From: a virus
Strand: one strand, 5' to 3'
IMG/VR virus record: IMGVR_UViG_3300032032_000001
Span: 32,001 to 96,000 of that record
DNA length: 64,000 bases
The notes below the pieces were generated by a model. It searched no databases. It had not been told where the DNA came from and worked only from the letters and a program-made list of their open reading frames with translations. This document shows, piece by piece, positions 19,783-29,371 of the stretch (position 1 is the stretch's first letter; each line of letters opens with the position of its first letter). Position numbers and translations under genes: made by a program.

Positions 19783-21206
19783 CCAGTTGCCGCATCCTCA
19801 TCGATTTCATCGGGAGTTCGCGTAGATGATCTAGACTGGTCCATGAGCGGACTAGCGACAACGGCGGTTACCTCGGGTAAAGAACTGCTCTCGCTGAACC
19901 CGTCCCCTTCATCCGCATCCTCCGACACGTCGCCGATTGAGTACAGATTATCGTGGGCATACCCGAAGTTCTCGGCAGCCAACGCATGTATTGTGAATCC
20001 TTCATCAGTAGTCTCTCTCGCAGCCGCGAGATGGAGACTTATCTCCTGCTTACGCTTGTGGTAAACAAGTCGAATACCAACGTCACAGTCCATTACCGCG
20101 CCAGTGTTCATGGCTAACGATGCTGTTCCGCGAGACTTTGAGTATTTGTATGCAGACCGCTCGTTCTCTTGAAGGATCGCAAGAACGGGTATTCCGGTTG
20201 ACTTCGCAATCTGCTTGATCTGTCTGTTGATGGCAGAGAGAACCTTCCAGTCCAAAGCATTGGCGCTGGTATTAACTCCTGGGAGTTCAAGCATGTACGA
20301 AGAGTCAAGTAGGACGAAATGCGGCCTGTAGATATCAATCTTTCGACGGATCTCTGACGGACCACCCGGTGACCCATCGGCACGATCACAGTCTGTGAAG
20401 ATAAGTTCTCCTGGAAAATCAGGGGAACAGGTTTCCTCAACGGATTGTAACAAGTGGGTCTGCTCGGCTACCGAGAGCGTTGCTTCCTTTAGCCGTGTAT
20501 AGTTTATGCCCGCGTTGATGGCGGTAATACGCCTTCGCATTTGAGTCCACGTCATCTCCTTGCTGTAAACAAGGACACGACGACCAGACTTGAACAACTT
20601 TGCGGCCACAAGGAGCCCGAACCAAGTCTTCATAGACTTGGGCAGAGCCCAGACCATAATAAAGTCCCCCGGCTGGATACCTTGTGTTGCGGCATTTAGC
20701 CTGGACCATGGCCAAGGCATACCGGTGAGACCGTTTGTCTCACCCGTTCTCCGTAGCTCGTCAATGGTCTCCTCTAGGGCCACTTGTGAGAAGGTAACGT
20801 CGTTTGAACGCGTGGTTCTCTCTTGTAGCCCTCCCAACAAATCATGCAGGTTCGTTAGCGCAGAAAACGGGTCTGTCCCGATCTCCTCCTGCCATGTCGA
20901 AACCGCTTTCTCGCACTCCCTCTTTAAGTAACTCCCTTTGATTTTTTCACACAAGTCGTGGACGTTTTCCACGGCGCGGGGCAAATCTAGACTTGGGAAC
21001 TGCTCTGCGAGAGATTGCTCACTTGGGATATACCCGAAGTTATTCGGCCTTCTATAGTGAGCATCAATGGTGGAGAAAAGAGACTTAGCCTCCATTGACC
21101 CCAATGTCTTAAAATGGACGCCCTCCTTTAGAACAGACTCCCACACACGTGGTGGATCATCTGCGCGAATAACGCTTGAAATTAGTTGCAACTCCCAATT
21201 AGCCAT
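19779..21206 (-). CDS. dnaB: DnaB-like replicative helicase
   Basis: LTGMPWPW, ALPKSMKT (Walker A), YSKEM, LLDSSY, AILQEN. Confidence 0.88.
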   Translation of the reverse strand: MANWELQLISSVIRADDPPRVWESVLKEGVHFKTLGSMEAKSLFSTIDAHYRRPNNFGYIPSEQSLAEQFPSLDLPRAVENVHDLCEKIKGSYLKRECEKAVSTWQEEIGTDPFSALTNLHDLLGGLQERTTRSNDVTFSQVALEETIDELRRTGETNGLTGMPWPWSRLNAATQGIQPGDFIMVWALPKSMKTWFGLLVAAKLFKSGRRVLVYSKEMTWTQMRRRITAINAGINYTRLKEATLSVAEQTHLLQSVEETCSPDFPGELIFTDCDRADGSPGGPSEIRRKIDIYRPHFVLLDSSYMLELPGVNTSANALDWKVLSAINRQIKQIAKSTGIPVLAILQENERSAYKYSKSRGTASLAMNTGAVMDCDVGIRLVYHKRKQEISLHLAAARETTDEGFTIHALAAENFGYAHDNLYSIGDVSEDADEGDGFSESSSLPEVTAVVASPLMDQSRSSTRTPDEIDEDAATG

Positions 21207-21215
21207 GTTCCCTCC

Positions 21216-21521
21216 TTAGATCTCCTGATTTATTAGGCCTTTGATTTTTTCATTTACTTTCTCTTCACTGAGTTCTTCCGTCTCTGCCACGCGGGTAAGA
21301 AAGGTGGACTCAATTGCCTCTATGAGGCGATTAGCCGCCTCTTGAACTTCATCGGACTCGTCTACATCGTTTACGTCAGCACTCCCACAAGGCCAATCAC
21401 CGACCCGAAAACCAATCTTGGCTGATACTCGTGGTCGGTGTGAGGGCCCGTGGAAATGCTTGGAAACTTGAACTTCGTAACATAGAAGCGAGTCGATTTT
21501 CACGTTGTCTATTTTTTTCAT
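21216..21521 (-). CDS. Hypothetical protein
   Basis: Coupled ORF in the operon. Confidence 0.65.
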   Translation of the reverse strand: MKKIDNVKIDSLLCYEVQVSKHFHGPSHRPRVSAKIGFRVGDWPCGSADVNDVDESDEVQEAANRLIEAIESTFLTRVAETEELSEEKVNEKIKGLINQEI

Positions 21522-21934
21522 TCGAACTTACCCTTGTAAAGCCTTTCCTGGATATCAGTCACATGTCCAAGAAGGGCTCTTCCCATATGTTCTCGGGAAG
21601 ACTCCCAGGCTAAGTCATAGGCCATTTCGTGACCAGATCTAATTGCATCTTCGTCTTGATCGCAGCGAACTGTGACCGATGAGAAGATCTCTACACCATA
21701 GGGGACTTTGTCCCATTGCCCGTCACCGTAACGAACGGCGTCAGATACTTTTGTTGATACCGAAGCTGTAACGGTTGCCACCTCTTTGTCCCCACTAACA
21801 AGTGAGTCCACGGGGACTTGCTCTTCAATGCGTTCCGCCATGTCTTTCTCCTCAAAGTTTGCGTCTTTATATGATTTACGGATGTGTATAGTGCGGGACG
21901 CATGAGCGCCCCGCACACTAAATTTCTTGGACAT
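21518..21934 (-). CDS. Hypothetical protein
   Basis: Coupled ORF in the operon. Confidence 0.65.
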   Translation of the reverse strand: MSKKFSVRGAHASRTIHIRKSYKDANFEEKDMAERIEEQVPVDSLVSGDKEVATVTASVSTKVSDAVRYGDGQWDKVPYGVEIFSSVTVRCDQDEDAIRSGHEMAYDLAWESSREHMGRALLGHVTDIQERLYKGKFE

Positions 21935-22365
21935 TACCCGACCTTGATCTTGATCTCCGCTGGGCCAACGACTCGCGGAGTCCCGAAGACCTTTTTCCGA
22001 AAATCATTAATTTGCTCAGCGGTAAACTGACCAGAGATAAGGCCCTGCTCTATAGCCTTGGAGTTGATTTTACCAATCACGCCAGGGGTCGTAAGAACCT
22101 CCATAGGGAGCGCGTGGGCAGTATAGTCGTAAGACTCTGGAGCCTTGTGGCGAGTGAATGATCCTACGGCCATTCCCTCATTACCCTCTACACCCTTGAG
22201 CGCTGTCTTAGCCTCTCCGTGCAGATGGTTGTACCGCTCGGCCAACTCGAAGAAAATGTCGAATACCTGCTGGTGGTCACCGATATACTCGGTGATCGCT
22301 TCGCGGGCTTCTTCAAAACGATTACAAGCCTCTGTGGCTTTCTTTCTTGATCCTTTGTAACTCAT
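21934..22365 (-). CDS. Hypothetical protein
   Basis: Coupled ORF, GGAGG RBS. Confidence 0.7.
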   Translation of the reverse strand: MSYKGSRKKATEACNRFEEAREAITEYIGDHQQVFDIFFELAERYNHLHGEAKTALKGVEGNEGMAVGSFTRHKAPESYDYTAHALPMEVLTTPGVIGKINSKAIEQGLISGQFTAEQINDFRKKVFGTPRVVGPAEIKIKVG

Positions 22366-23033
22366 TATCTGTCCTCCTTTAGAACATTGAATTTTGATGC
22401 AACATCGAGGGCGTCCTTGATGTTTCCAATTGTCTTATTCCACATACCCCCGACATTTTGTGAGGGGTCGCGGTACAGTTGATTGACCGAGGGGAGCACC
22501 ATCATCGGTACCGCATACTCAACCAGATTTCCCTGTATATATGCCTCAGTAACTCTCCCACGGGCCTCGACCACAGATGTAGGACGAAGCGTTACCCCCT
22601 TCATAGCGGCGCTGCCGAATGCGAGGATAATGTGTGGTTCTATAATGTTGATCTCTGCGTGGAGCCTGCTGCGGCAAGCTGCCAACTCCCCAGGCTTCGG
22701 CGCGGAGAGCATGTCTATCCGCCCACGGGGTCGTGGGGCCAAGCTTGAGCTTGGGCAGGACACTACCGGCGTTACCCATACATATGATGGGTCAATCCCG
22801 GCCTTCTTAAGAACGGACGCGAGGAATTTCCCTTCGCCCCCATCCAGCGGATTGCCGGTAACGGCTGCTCGCGGACTTACTCGGTCAACGACAGCAACTA
22901 TCTTGGTGTGTAGTTTCCCCTGCCCCCGTATCAATACCTTACGGTGTTTGTGTAGCGGGCAGAGGGTACAATCTCTATGGTCGAACAGAAGCTCGTCAAT
23001 CTTCTCTTCCAATACTCTTGTGTCTGAATCCAT
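22365..23033 (-). CDS. Family 4 uracil-DNA-glycosylase-fold protein, catalytic motifs degenerate
   Basis: CTLCPLHKHR, GQG, VWVTPVVSCP, ACRSRLHAEINIIEPHIILAFGSAA, ARGR are present. GEAPG and HPS motifs are replaced. Confidence 0.8.
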   Translation of the reverse strand: MDSDTRVLEEKIDELLFDHRDCTLCPLHKHRKVLIRGQGKLHTKIVAVVDRVSPRAAVTGNPLDGGEGKFLASVLKKAGIDPSYVWVTPVVSCPSSSLAPRPRGRIDMLSAPKPGELAACRSRLHAEINIIEPHIILAFGSAAMKGVTLRPTSVVEARGRVTEAYIQGNLVEYAVPMMVLPSVNQLYRDPSQNVGGMWNKTIGNIKDALDVASKFNVLKEDR

Positions 23034-24420
23034 TCGCTACAATCTTCCGTCGTAAGTTTCTACACATGGCCCCTGCTGGGCCAAACTTGTAGTCATCAAT
23101 GACAACCACAATTGGTTCTTTTTTTCCTGGTGATTTTCTCTCAATCCTACCCTTACCTTGTTGAAATGCGCCCCACGCCTTGAAGGGTGTAGCGAAAACA
23201 AGAGTATCTAGGGCAGCAACATCAAGACCCTCCCGAGCCACCCCGAAGGTGGCGAAGGTCACATCGCTATCACGGATTACCTGTGTCCGCATGTCACCGG
23301 AGGTGTCCCCGGTTACGGCACCGGCTGTATACCTATTCATACACTCCGTGTCGAGCAACTTCTGTAAAAGTACTTTGGGATGGTCTTTACTGTGAGTCAG
23401 GACAAGGATCTTCCTCCCCTTCCCTAGCGCATCTTGCACAACGGCTAAGATTTCCCTGTTACGGGAGCCAAGCTCTGAGAAGTACGTGTACATTTTCCCG
23501 GCGGAAAACTCGCCCGTAATGTCTTTGATCCTTGAGTCATCCTTAGGCACCGTGGTCTTAACTTTCTTGAAGTAGATCTGCGCCTCAAGATCACCAACCA
23601 AGTCACTGTAGAATATCGGCCCAATATGCGCGTAATATACGTCCTCTAACCCATCCTCACGGTTAGGCGTGGCGGTCAGCCCGTATCTATTACCGTAAAA
23701 TAATGGAGCGGTCTGGCTGAATGTAGCGGCAGACAGGTGGTGGACTTCATCGAAGATGACCGTCCCAAACCTCGACCGTACGTCATGTGGGATCGTGTGT
23801 GCCCGCTTTGCGAGCGTATGGATCATTGCTAGAACAAGCGGCTTATCCCACTCCTCCTTAGACCCCTGCACGATACCAATATCATCCTCCCCTATCCCCA
23901 GAAACTCCAATGCCCGGTCTTTCCACTGATCCATTAGCCCTGAGTTATTAACAATTACTACGGCGGGGTAGCCTCTTTTAGCGATTTTCTTTAGGGCCAT
24001 TACGGTTTTCCCCTTGCCGCAGGCTAGGTTCAAAACGCCGAATTGCTGGTCCTTAAAGGCATCCCAGGCCTTTTGCTGGTCCGCGTCTCTTGGTTTAATT
24101 TTGTCCCCAAAATCAAACTTCTCTAGAGAATCTTCGAGGCGCAGTTCGCCCCACTTTCCAATTTTTTCTTTCCACTCCTCTTCCGTAAAAAAGTGCCTAG
24201 CTATTACAACGTAATCTCCCAGGTCACGTGCAAGCGAGAAAGTGTTAGTTTCCCCAGTCCTTTCGTTGACGGAGATGACTTTCGACGCGTTTATTAGCGC
24301 TTTTTTATTAGGGATCTCTTCCGAAGGGACCCACATCCAAGCAGACCGGTGCGCCCCGGAAAGAGCTTCACCAGAGTCTGTTTCGGGAAGATATAGTGGC
24401 TTTTTCTTTTTAGTAGCCAA
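22996..24420 (-). CDS. SF2 DNA helicase (XPB/UvsW-like)
   Basis: LACGKGKT, DEVHH, GLTATPNREDG, REGLDV, QGKGRIER. TTG start with GAGG RBS. Confidence 0.93.
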   Translation of the reverse strand: MATKKKKPLYLPETDSGEALSGAHRSAWMWVPSEEIPNKKALINASKVISVNERTGETNTFSLARDLGDYVVIARHFFTEEEWKEKIGKWGELRLEDSLEKFDFGDKIKPRDADQQKAWDAFKDQQFGVLNLACGKGKTVMALKKIAKRGYPAVVIVNNSGLMDQWKDRALEFLGIGEDDIGIVQGSKEEWDKPLVLAMIHTLAKRAHTIPHDVRSRFGTVIFDEVHHLSAATFSQTAPLFYGNRYGLTATPNREDGLEDVYYAHIGPIFYSDLVGDLEAQIYFKKVKTTVPKDDSRIKDITGEFSAGKMYTYFSELGSRNREILAVVQDALGKGRKILVLTHSKDHPKVLLQKLLDTECMNRYTAGAVTGDTSGDMRTQVIRDSDVTFATFGVAREGLDVAALDTLVFATPFKAWGAFQQGKGRIERKSPGKKEPIVVVIDDYKFGPAGAMCRNLRRKIVANGFRHKSIGRED

Positions 24421-24421
24421 G

Positions 24422-24868
24422 TTAGTCCTCCAAAATTTTTGTTATTCTCTGTTTAATAAAATACTCCAGACTTTCAGTCCTGGAGCCCTCTAGATGCTCG
24501 AAAAACAAGTTAATTAGCTGGTCTACCTTGTTCTCGTCTATCTGTTCAGTTGTGATGAATTTTTTAAGCTCTGAGTTGGCGGCGGGGCCACAAGCTCTTT
24601 TTTTGGCTAGCACTTTTTCTGTCCTAGCCTTGCATACAGCAGCTATGAGTTTCTTTGCGTCCTCATCCACTTCAGGGTTTACGCCGAGAGCGGCGAACAT
24701 TTTCATTAGACTTTGGTTGGAGGGGGCCGACACGCCCGCCTCATATTGGCGGACGGTCTCCCTGCTGAGTCCGCATTCGATTGCAAACTTTCTACAGGAA
24801 TAGCCCCTTTCCAGCCTCAGTCCTTGGAGTAGCCCTCCAAAGTGACTCGTCAACTCTCCCACGATCAC
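24422..24868 (-). CDS. XRE-family HTH regulator
   Basis: FGGLLQGLRLERGYSCRKFAIECGLSRETVRQYEAGVSAPS. Confidence 0.85.
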   Translation of the reverse strand: MIVGELTSHFGGLLQGLRLERGYSCRKFAIECGLSRETVRQYEAGVSAPSNQSLMKMFAALGVNPEVDEDAKKLIAAVCKARTEKVLAKKRACGPAANSELKKFITTEQIDENKVDQLINLFFEHLEGSRTESLEYFIKQRITKILED

Positions 24869-25176
24869 TCCTCATCAGATTCGAAATCCTTGCCACAAAC
24901 AGTACTGTCTTGACAGCTATCTTTGTATACGACAGGATCTTCTTTGTCACAAGCTTGATCTTGGTCAAGAAGGTATTGTTCTGAATCTTCTGGATTTGCG
25001 ATCTGGTTAGACGTGTTATTATTTCCTTGTGATCGGAGTTGGTGAGAAATGGTTGACAGCATATCGGCAAAGCCGTCTATAGCTATCTCAAGGAAGTCTT
25101 TTCCTTGCGGGTCTCGTAACTCCTTTGGTACTTCTACTTTAATGGTATATCTATTATCATCAATTGACATGTTCAC
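24865..25176 (-). CDS. Acidic hypothetical protein, first gene of the replication operon
   Basis: GTG start with GGAGG RBS, directly downstream of promoter copy 3. Confidence 0.65.
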   Translation of the reverse strand: MNMSIDDNRYTIKVEVPKELRDPQGKDFLEIAIDGFADMLSTISHQLRSQGNNNTSNQIANPEDSEQYLLDQDQACDKEDPVVYKDSCQDSTVCGKDFESDEE

Positions 25177-25211
25177 TGGCCTCCGGGTTTAGTGTAATTG
25201 TGTGTGGTTAG

Positions 25212-25227
25212 CATGGTGCTTATACCA
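25212..25227 (-). promoter_or_regulatory. Putative phage promoter, copy 3
   Basis: Minus strand TGGTATAAG-CACC-ATG at the strand-switch point, followed by an A/C-rich leader. Confidence 0.75.
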
Positions 25228-25257
25228 AAAAGCAACTAGCCCTTGTGGAGATACGGC

Positions 25258-26289
25258 ATGACAGAATTTTCAGGTACTTACGACCATTACGACGATAACG
25301 GGCTCCTGCTCCGAAAGGAGATGGGCAGCAAAGGGATCCCTCCGGTGATTAAAACCGCAACGGATCTCTCTAACCCGGCAACACGGCATGACGGAGATTA
25401 TGCTGTTGTGGCCGATACAAACCATGGGGTCGTGTACAAGTACCCGGTCTCGGACGCGGGCAACGCGGTAGCTTCGGCGGTTTATTTCTCAGAGTACGGG
25501 CACAAGCTCCCTCAGGGAATCAAGAAGACCGCAGCAAAAGCTATCAACGATGCCCTGGTTGACTTCGGCTTCACACCGCCGGAGGACTTAACCAAGACAG
25601 CCTCAATGGAGCTTGGCTACAGCGGGGAAGGTGACAACATCTCCCTTGAGAAGCTTTTCGGCATTGGTGGTGAAGATGATCCCATGGAGCTTGTTGAGGA
25701 CGCCTTCTCTAAGTTAAGCCCCCGAGGCAAGAGCCGGTTGGCTATGCAGGTTAAGGAGGCAGGCCTCATGGAGGCTGCCCCAGAAGAGCTGTTGGACTAC
25801 TTGTCCAGCGATGAGCCCGGGGTCGGAGCCAACTTTGATGTAGCGGTGGACACACGAAAGCTGGTCCTTCTTGATCCGGCAGCAGCCGGTGAGCTTGATG
25901 AGCTACAGAAGACCTCCCAGTCAAAATTCCTCGATCCAGAGGCTGTCGCGGAGGAGTTATCCCTTTTTGATCAGAAGCACCAGATCACCCACCTGTATGA
26001 TCGTGTAATAATTGATCCATGGAAGGCTGTTCATGGGGATCTATCGAAAACCGCATCGCACGGCATGACAATTGACGCTGACCAGCTTACTGATGTTGCC
26101 GAAGTTGCCGGTAAAGAGTATACATCTGACGCAATTAGCACCTGGGTGAACGATTCAGGGCTTGAGAAACTCACTGATGCATTCGGTGAGGACTTTGCCG
26201 GGGAGTTCAAAGAGGACCCCGCAAACGTGTTCAAAAGCCTACCGGTCACCCATAGGAATGCTATAGCGCGGATGATTGATGAAAGCTGA
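25258..26289 (+). CDS. Putative head-module protein with K-x-A motifs
   Basis: GGAG RBS. IKTAT, KKTAA, TKTAS, VKEAG, SKTAS. Two genes upstream of portal. Confidence 0.65.
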   Translation: MTEFSGTYDHYDDNGLLLRKEMGSKGIPPVIKTATDLSNPATRHDGDYAVVADTNHGVVYKYPVSDAGNAVASAVYFSEYGHKLPQGIKKTAAKAINDALVDFGFTPPEDLTKTASMELGYSGEGDNISLEKLFGIGGEDDPMELVEDAFSKLSPRGKSRLAMQVKEAGLMEAAPEELLDYLSSDEPGVGANFDVAVDTRKLVLLDPAAAGELDELQKTSQSKFLDPEAVAEELSLFDQKHQITHLYDRVIIDPWKAVHGDLSKTASHGMTIDADQLTDVAEVAGKEYTSDAISTWVNDSGLEKLTDAFGEDFAGEFKEDPANVFKSLPVTHRNAIARMIDES

Positions 26290-26956
26290 GAAGACTAAAC
26301 AAGTTGGGAAGCCTGCTGATGAGGTAATACGCACAGCCTTTACAAATAAGGATGTGCACCCGCTTGTTTTGAATCTGATCATGGTGAAAGAGTTTGGTCC
26401 CGACTACCTCGCCTGGGAGCCTGAGACCTGCTGGATTGAGATTGCACGAACGTGGAACTCCACCATATCAGAGGTGAACAGGAACAAGATCCAAGCCGTT
26501 CGAATGTGTCACACAACCGATCAGCCATACGAGCGCTGGGAGGCCTTTGACATTGTTGCGTCCGGATTGGTCGGGGTCCCACCGAAGTTTGATCTTATAC
26601 AGAAGCCCACTCCCCATAGAGCAGCATTCGCCCTTGAGGTGCTTGCGCAGATTAAAGAAGAGGCCAAGGTTTCTAGCGAAGTCTATAAGTATGTCTCCGC
26701 CTGTATGCTTGACTACGGCATGGTGTATGGATCCGGCCCGCTGGAGCCGTGTAACAGTATAATGGCCAGCGTTCTGGATGGGCATGGCATATCTCAACAA
26801 GAGTCCGTCAAAAAAGCGTTGCGTAAGAACCGCAAACCAACCTTTGATGGTAATAATGATAGTGATGTGCAGCTAATGAAAACACTTTCCGTAAAGGACT
26901 TCCTTGAAGGAACATCCAGGATGCTGCTAATCCAATTAAAGAAGCATCTTCCGTAG
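26279..26956 (+). CDS. Hypothetical protein upstream of portal
   Basis: Long ORF overlapping the previous stop. Confidence 0.7.
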   Translation: MKAEKTKQVGKPADEVIRTAFTNKDVHPLVLNLIMVKEFGPDYLAWEPETCWIEIARTWNSTISEVNRNKIQAVRMCHTTDQPYERWEAFDIVASGLVGVPPKFDLIQKPTPHRAAFALEVLAQIKEEAKVSSEVYKYVSACMLDYGMVYGSGPLEPCNSIMASVLDGHGISQQESVKKALRKNRKPTFDGNNDSDVQLMKTLSVKDFLEGTSRMLLIQLKKHLP

Positions 26957-26967
26957 GGAGTTAAAGT

Positions 26968-28998
26968 ATGGCGTATTCAAACAATAGAACGGGTCGATAT
27001 TCTTTAGGCGCGAGATCCAGAGCAAAGACTATTGGGAAGCCAGAGTCGTTTTATCCTAGCCCCTTTTTCGATGTCGCCCAGAACTACCTGCCCAAGACAA
27101 TTAAAGAAACTTTCGATTGGTGCCTCTACTACCAGCTAACCAACCCGTTGATCAGCGCGGTGACAAGCAAGCTCGCTACATACCCGATCACAGACCTCAT
27201 CTACGAAGATGATAACGAAGGTCTTGTTGAGATGTATCGGAGCATGTTCGAGGGACAGTTCCTTTTAAGGCAGTTTCTGATTGAAACAAACCTGGATAGG
27301 TACACGTATGGAAACGCTTTTGTGTCCGTATCTTTCCCGTTCAAGAAGGTTCTAAAATGCCGCAACTGTGGTGACGCTAACCCTGCCCGTGAAGTTAAGT
27401 ACAAATGGAAGAGCTTCGCGTTCCATATGACCTGTGAAAAATGTATGCACGTAGGCCTCGCCGATGTGAAGGATGAGCCAATAAAGTCGGCCCAGCAGAT
27501 ACGGCTGATTAGATGGAATCCAAAAAGCATCACGGTTAAGTACAATGAGGTAACAGGGCAGAGCCAGTATTACTACAACATGCCGAGGCACATGAGAAAC
27601 GACATCATGCTTGGCAAACCGGCAATGATCGAAACGATCCCACAGGTGTTTATTGAGTCGCTCAAAAAGAAGCGGTCTATTCTCCTGGAAAGCTCTAAGC
27701 TTTTTCACTGCCGACGCGCCTCTGTCTCTAGAGACCCTTCGGATAGCGGCTGGGGAGCCCCTCTGATTCTCCCGGTCCTGAAGGACATCTTTTTCTTACA
27801 GATCTTGCGGAAAGCGCAGGAAGCTGTCGCAATGGAACACGTTGTTCCTATGCGAGTAATGTTCCCACAAGTCACAACGGACGGGAACAATCCGTACGCC
27901 CACGTTAATCTACAGGATTGGCAGGACGAGGTCTCAGGCCAGATCAAAAAGTGGAGGATGGACAACAACCACATCCCCGTCATGCCTGTGCCGATTGGGT
28001 ACCAAATGATCGGCGGGCAGGGAAAATCCCTCCTCCTTCACCAAGAGCTGCGAGTCTATAACGACCAGATTATCGCAGGCATGGGCGTCCCCACAGGGTT
28101 TTTCTACGGAGAGCAGCAATACTCTGGGGCATCCGTTAACCTACGCGCCCTTGAGAACGAGTTCTTGGGAAACCGGCAGGACATGCTCAGGCTTGTAGAA
28201 TTTGTCAGGGATCGCGTTTGCGCATTCTTGGATCTGCCCAGGATGACTCTCAAGTTTAAGCCCTTCAAGATGGCTGATGACATTCAGAGAGCCTCTTTTG
28301 ATATGAACCTCGCTAATGCGGGCATGATCAGCCGAAGAAGCTTCTTGGAGTCGAGGGACTTCAACTTCGACACGGAGCAAGAGCTTATCCACGAAGAGGG
28401 TAAGAAGCTAAATAGATCACAACGTGAGGGCATGATCGCCAACGCTGAATCTCAGGGCGAAGCAATGCTTATCCAGACTAGATACCAGATCCAGTCTCAA
28501 GAATTACAGATGGAGGCCCAGCAGCAACAGCAAGCCTCTGGAATGGCCCCTCCTCCCGGCCAACCCCAACAGGGTCAGCCGCAAGAGGGTCAACCACAAC
28601 AAGGACCGCCTCAGGAGGGGGCTCCCCCGGAAGCAGCGCAGCAACCGGGACCAGAAGGTGCTGCGCCTCCGCCCGATCAACAGGGCGGCGGCCAGCCATC
28701 TCCAGAACAGGGCGCACCTCTCCCAGAAGAGGCTACCGCAGGGGCGGATCAGAGCCCTATGGGGGCAGCAAATACCGGCCAAATGGTAGACATGTTCGCC
28801 CAAGCTAAGCGTGTCTCCTCACAGATAAAAAAGATGAATGAAGTAGATAGATACCGAGCTATGGCGCAATTACGCGCCAGTAGCCCGGATCTATATATGC
28901 TTGTTAACAACGCTCTTTCCGGCGCTGGAATAAAGACTATGCAGCCTTTACCCGAGAAGCTTCCATCTAGAGCGAACCCTGATAGGGCGCAGATCTAA
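26968..28998 (+). CDS. Portal protein with Zn-ribbon insertion and Gln/Pro-rich tail
   Basis: NPLISAVTSKLATYPI, YGNAFV, WGAPLILPVLK, IIAGMGVP...YSGASV portal-like motifs. CRNC...CEKC insertion. Confidence 0.8.
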   Translation: MAYSNNRTGRYSLGARSRAKTIGKPESFYPSPFFDVAQNYLPKTIKETFDWCLYYQLTNPLISAVTSKLATYPITDLIYEDDNEGLVEMYRSMFEGQFLLRQFLIETNLDRYTYGNAFVSVSFPFKKVLKCRNCGDANPAREVKYKWKSFAFHMTCEKCMHVGLADVKDEPIKSAQQIRLIRWNPKSITVKYNEVTGQSQYYYNMPRHMRNDIMLGKPAMIETIPQVFIESLKKKRSILLESSKLFHCRRASVSRDPSDSGWGAPLILPVLKDIFFLQILRKAQEAVAMEHVVPMRVMFPQVTTDGNNPYAHVNLQDWQDEVSGQIKKWRMDNNHIPVMPVPIGYQMIGGQGKSLLLHQELRVYNDQIIAGMGVPTGFFYGEQQYSGASVNLRALENEFLGNRQDMLRLVEFVRDRVCAFLDLPRMTLKFKPFKMADDIQRASFDMNLANAGMISRRSFLESRDFNFDTEQELIHEEGKKLNRSQREGMIANAESQGEAMLIQTRYQIQSQELQMEAQQQQQASGMAPPPGQPQQGQPQEGQPQQGPPQEGAPPEAAQQPGPEGAAPPPDQQGGGQPSPEQGAPLPEEATAGADQSPMGAANTGQMVDMFAQAKRVSSQIKKMNEVDRYRAMAQLRASSPDLYMLVNNALSGAGIKTMQPLPEKLPSRANPDRAQI

Positions 28999-29229
28999 TC
29001 ATGTGTTTTGAATTGCTATTAACATTGCGGACTTCTTGTTACACCGGTCGCATCTACCACGTTGGTAGAATGCGGAAGGATGGTCCACTTGTTTAATGCA
29101 AACAGAACATACCCACGCAACACAACCAGTGTTTTCAAGAAAGTGGATACACTCGCCGCAGTTCTTTGGCTCGTTGCACCACATGCTGGCAACGTCGCAA
29201 GCAATGGGTTTTGGTGCGCGGGTACTCAT
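28999..29229 (-). CDS. Small Cys-rich (Zn-finger-like) protein
   Basis: 76 aa with CGEC, CSVC, CDRC plus three further Cys. Stop abuts the portal stop. Confidence 0.65.
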   Translation of the reverse strand: MSTRAPKPIACDVASMWCNEPKNCGECIHFLENTGCVAWVCSVCIKQVDHPSAFYQRGRCDRCNKKSAMLIAIQNT

Positions 29230-29241
29230 TTGCTACTCTCT

Positions 29242-29337
29242 TTAGCCGGAAGGTACCAGCGCTGCGTTAACGGCGTTCGCCACTTCCGCACAAGTATTAA
29301 CATACGTTGTAGCACTATTTTTTGCGGAACAACTCAT
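29242..29337 (-). CDS. 31-aa micro-protein
   Basis: MSCSAKNSATTYVNTCAEVANAVNAALVPSG. AGGAG RBS, first ORF after promoter copy 4. Not in the ORF track. Confidence 0.55.
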   Translation of the reverse strand: MSCSAKNSATTYVNTCAEVANAVNAALVPSG

Positions 29338-29371
29338 ATAAACTCTCCTGTTTGTTTAGGGCAGTATTACC

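Noticed and set aside
28520-28720. Short repeats in the portal tail (and at about 41815-41865)
   Set aside because: Explained by Gln/Pro/Ala low-complexity coding, not a DNA repeat array.
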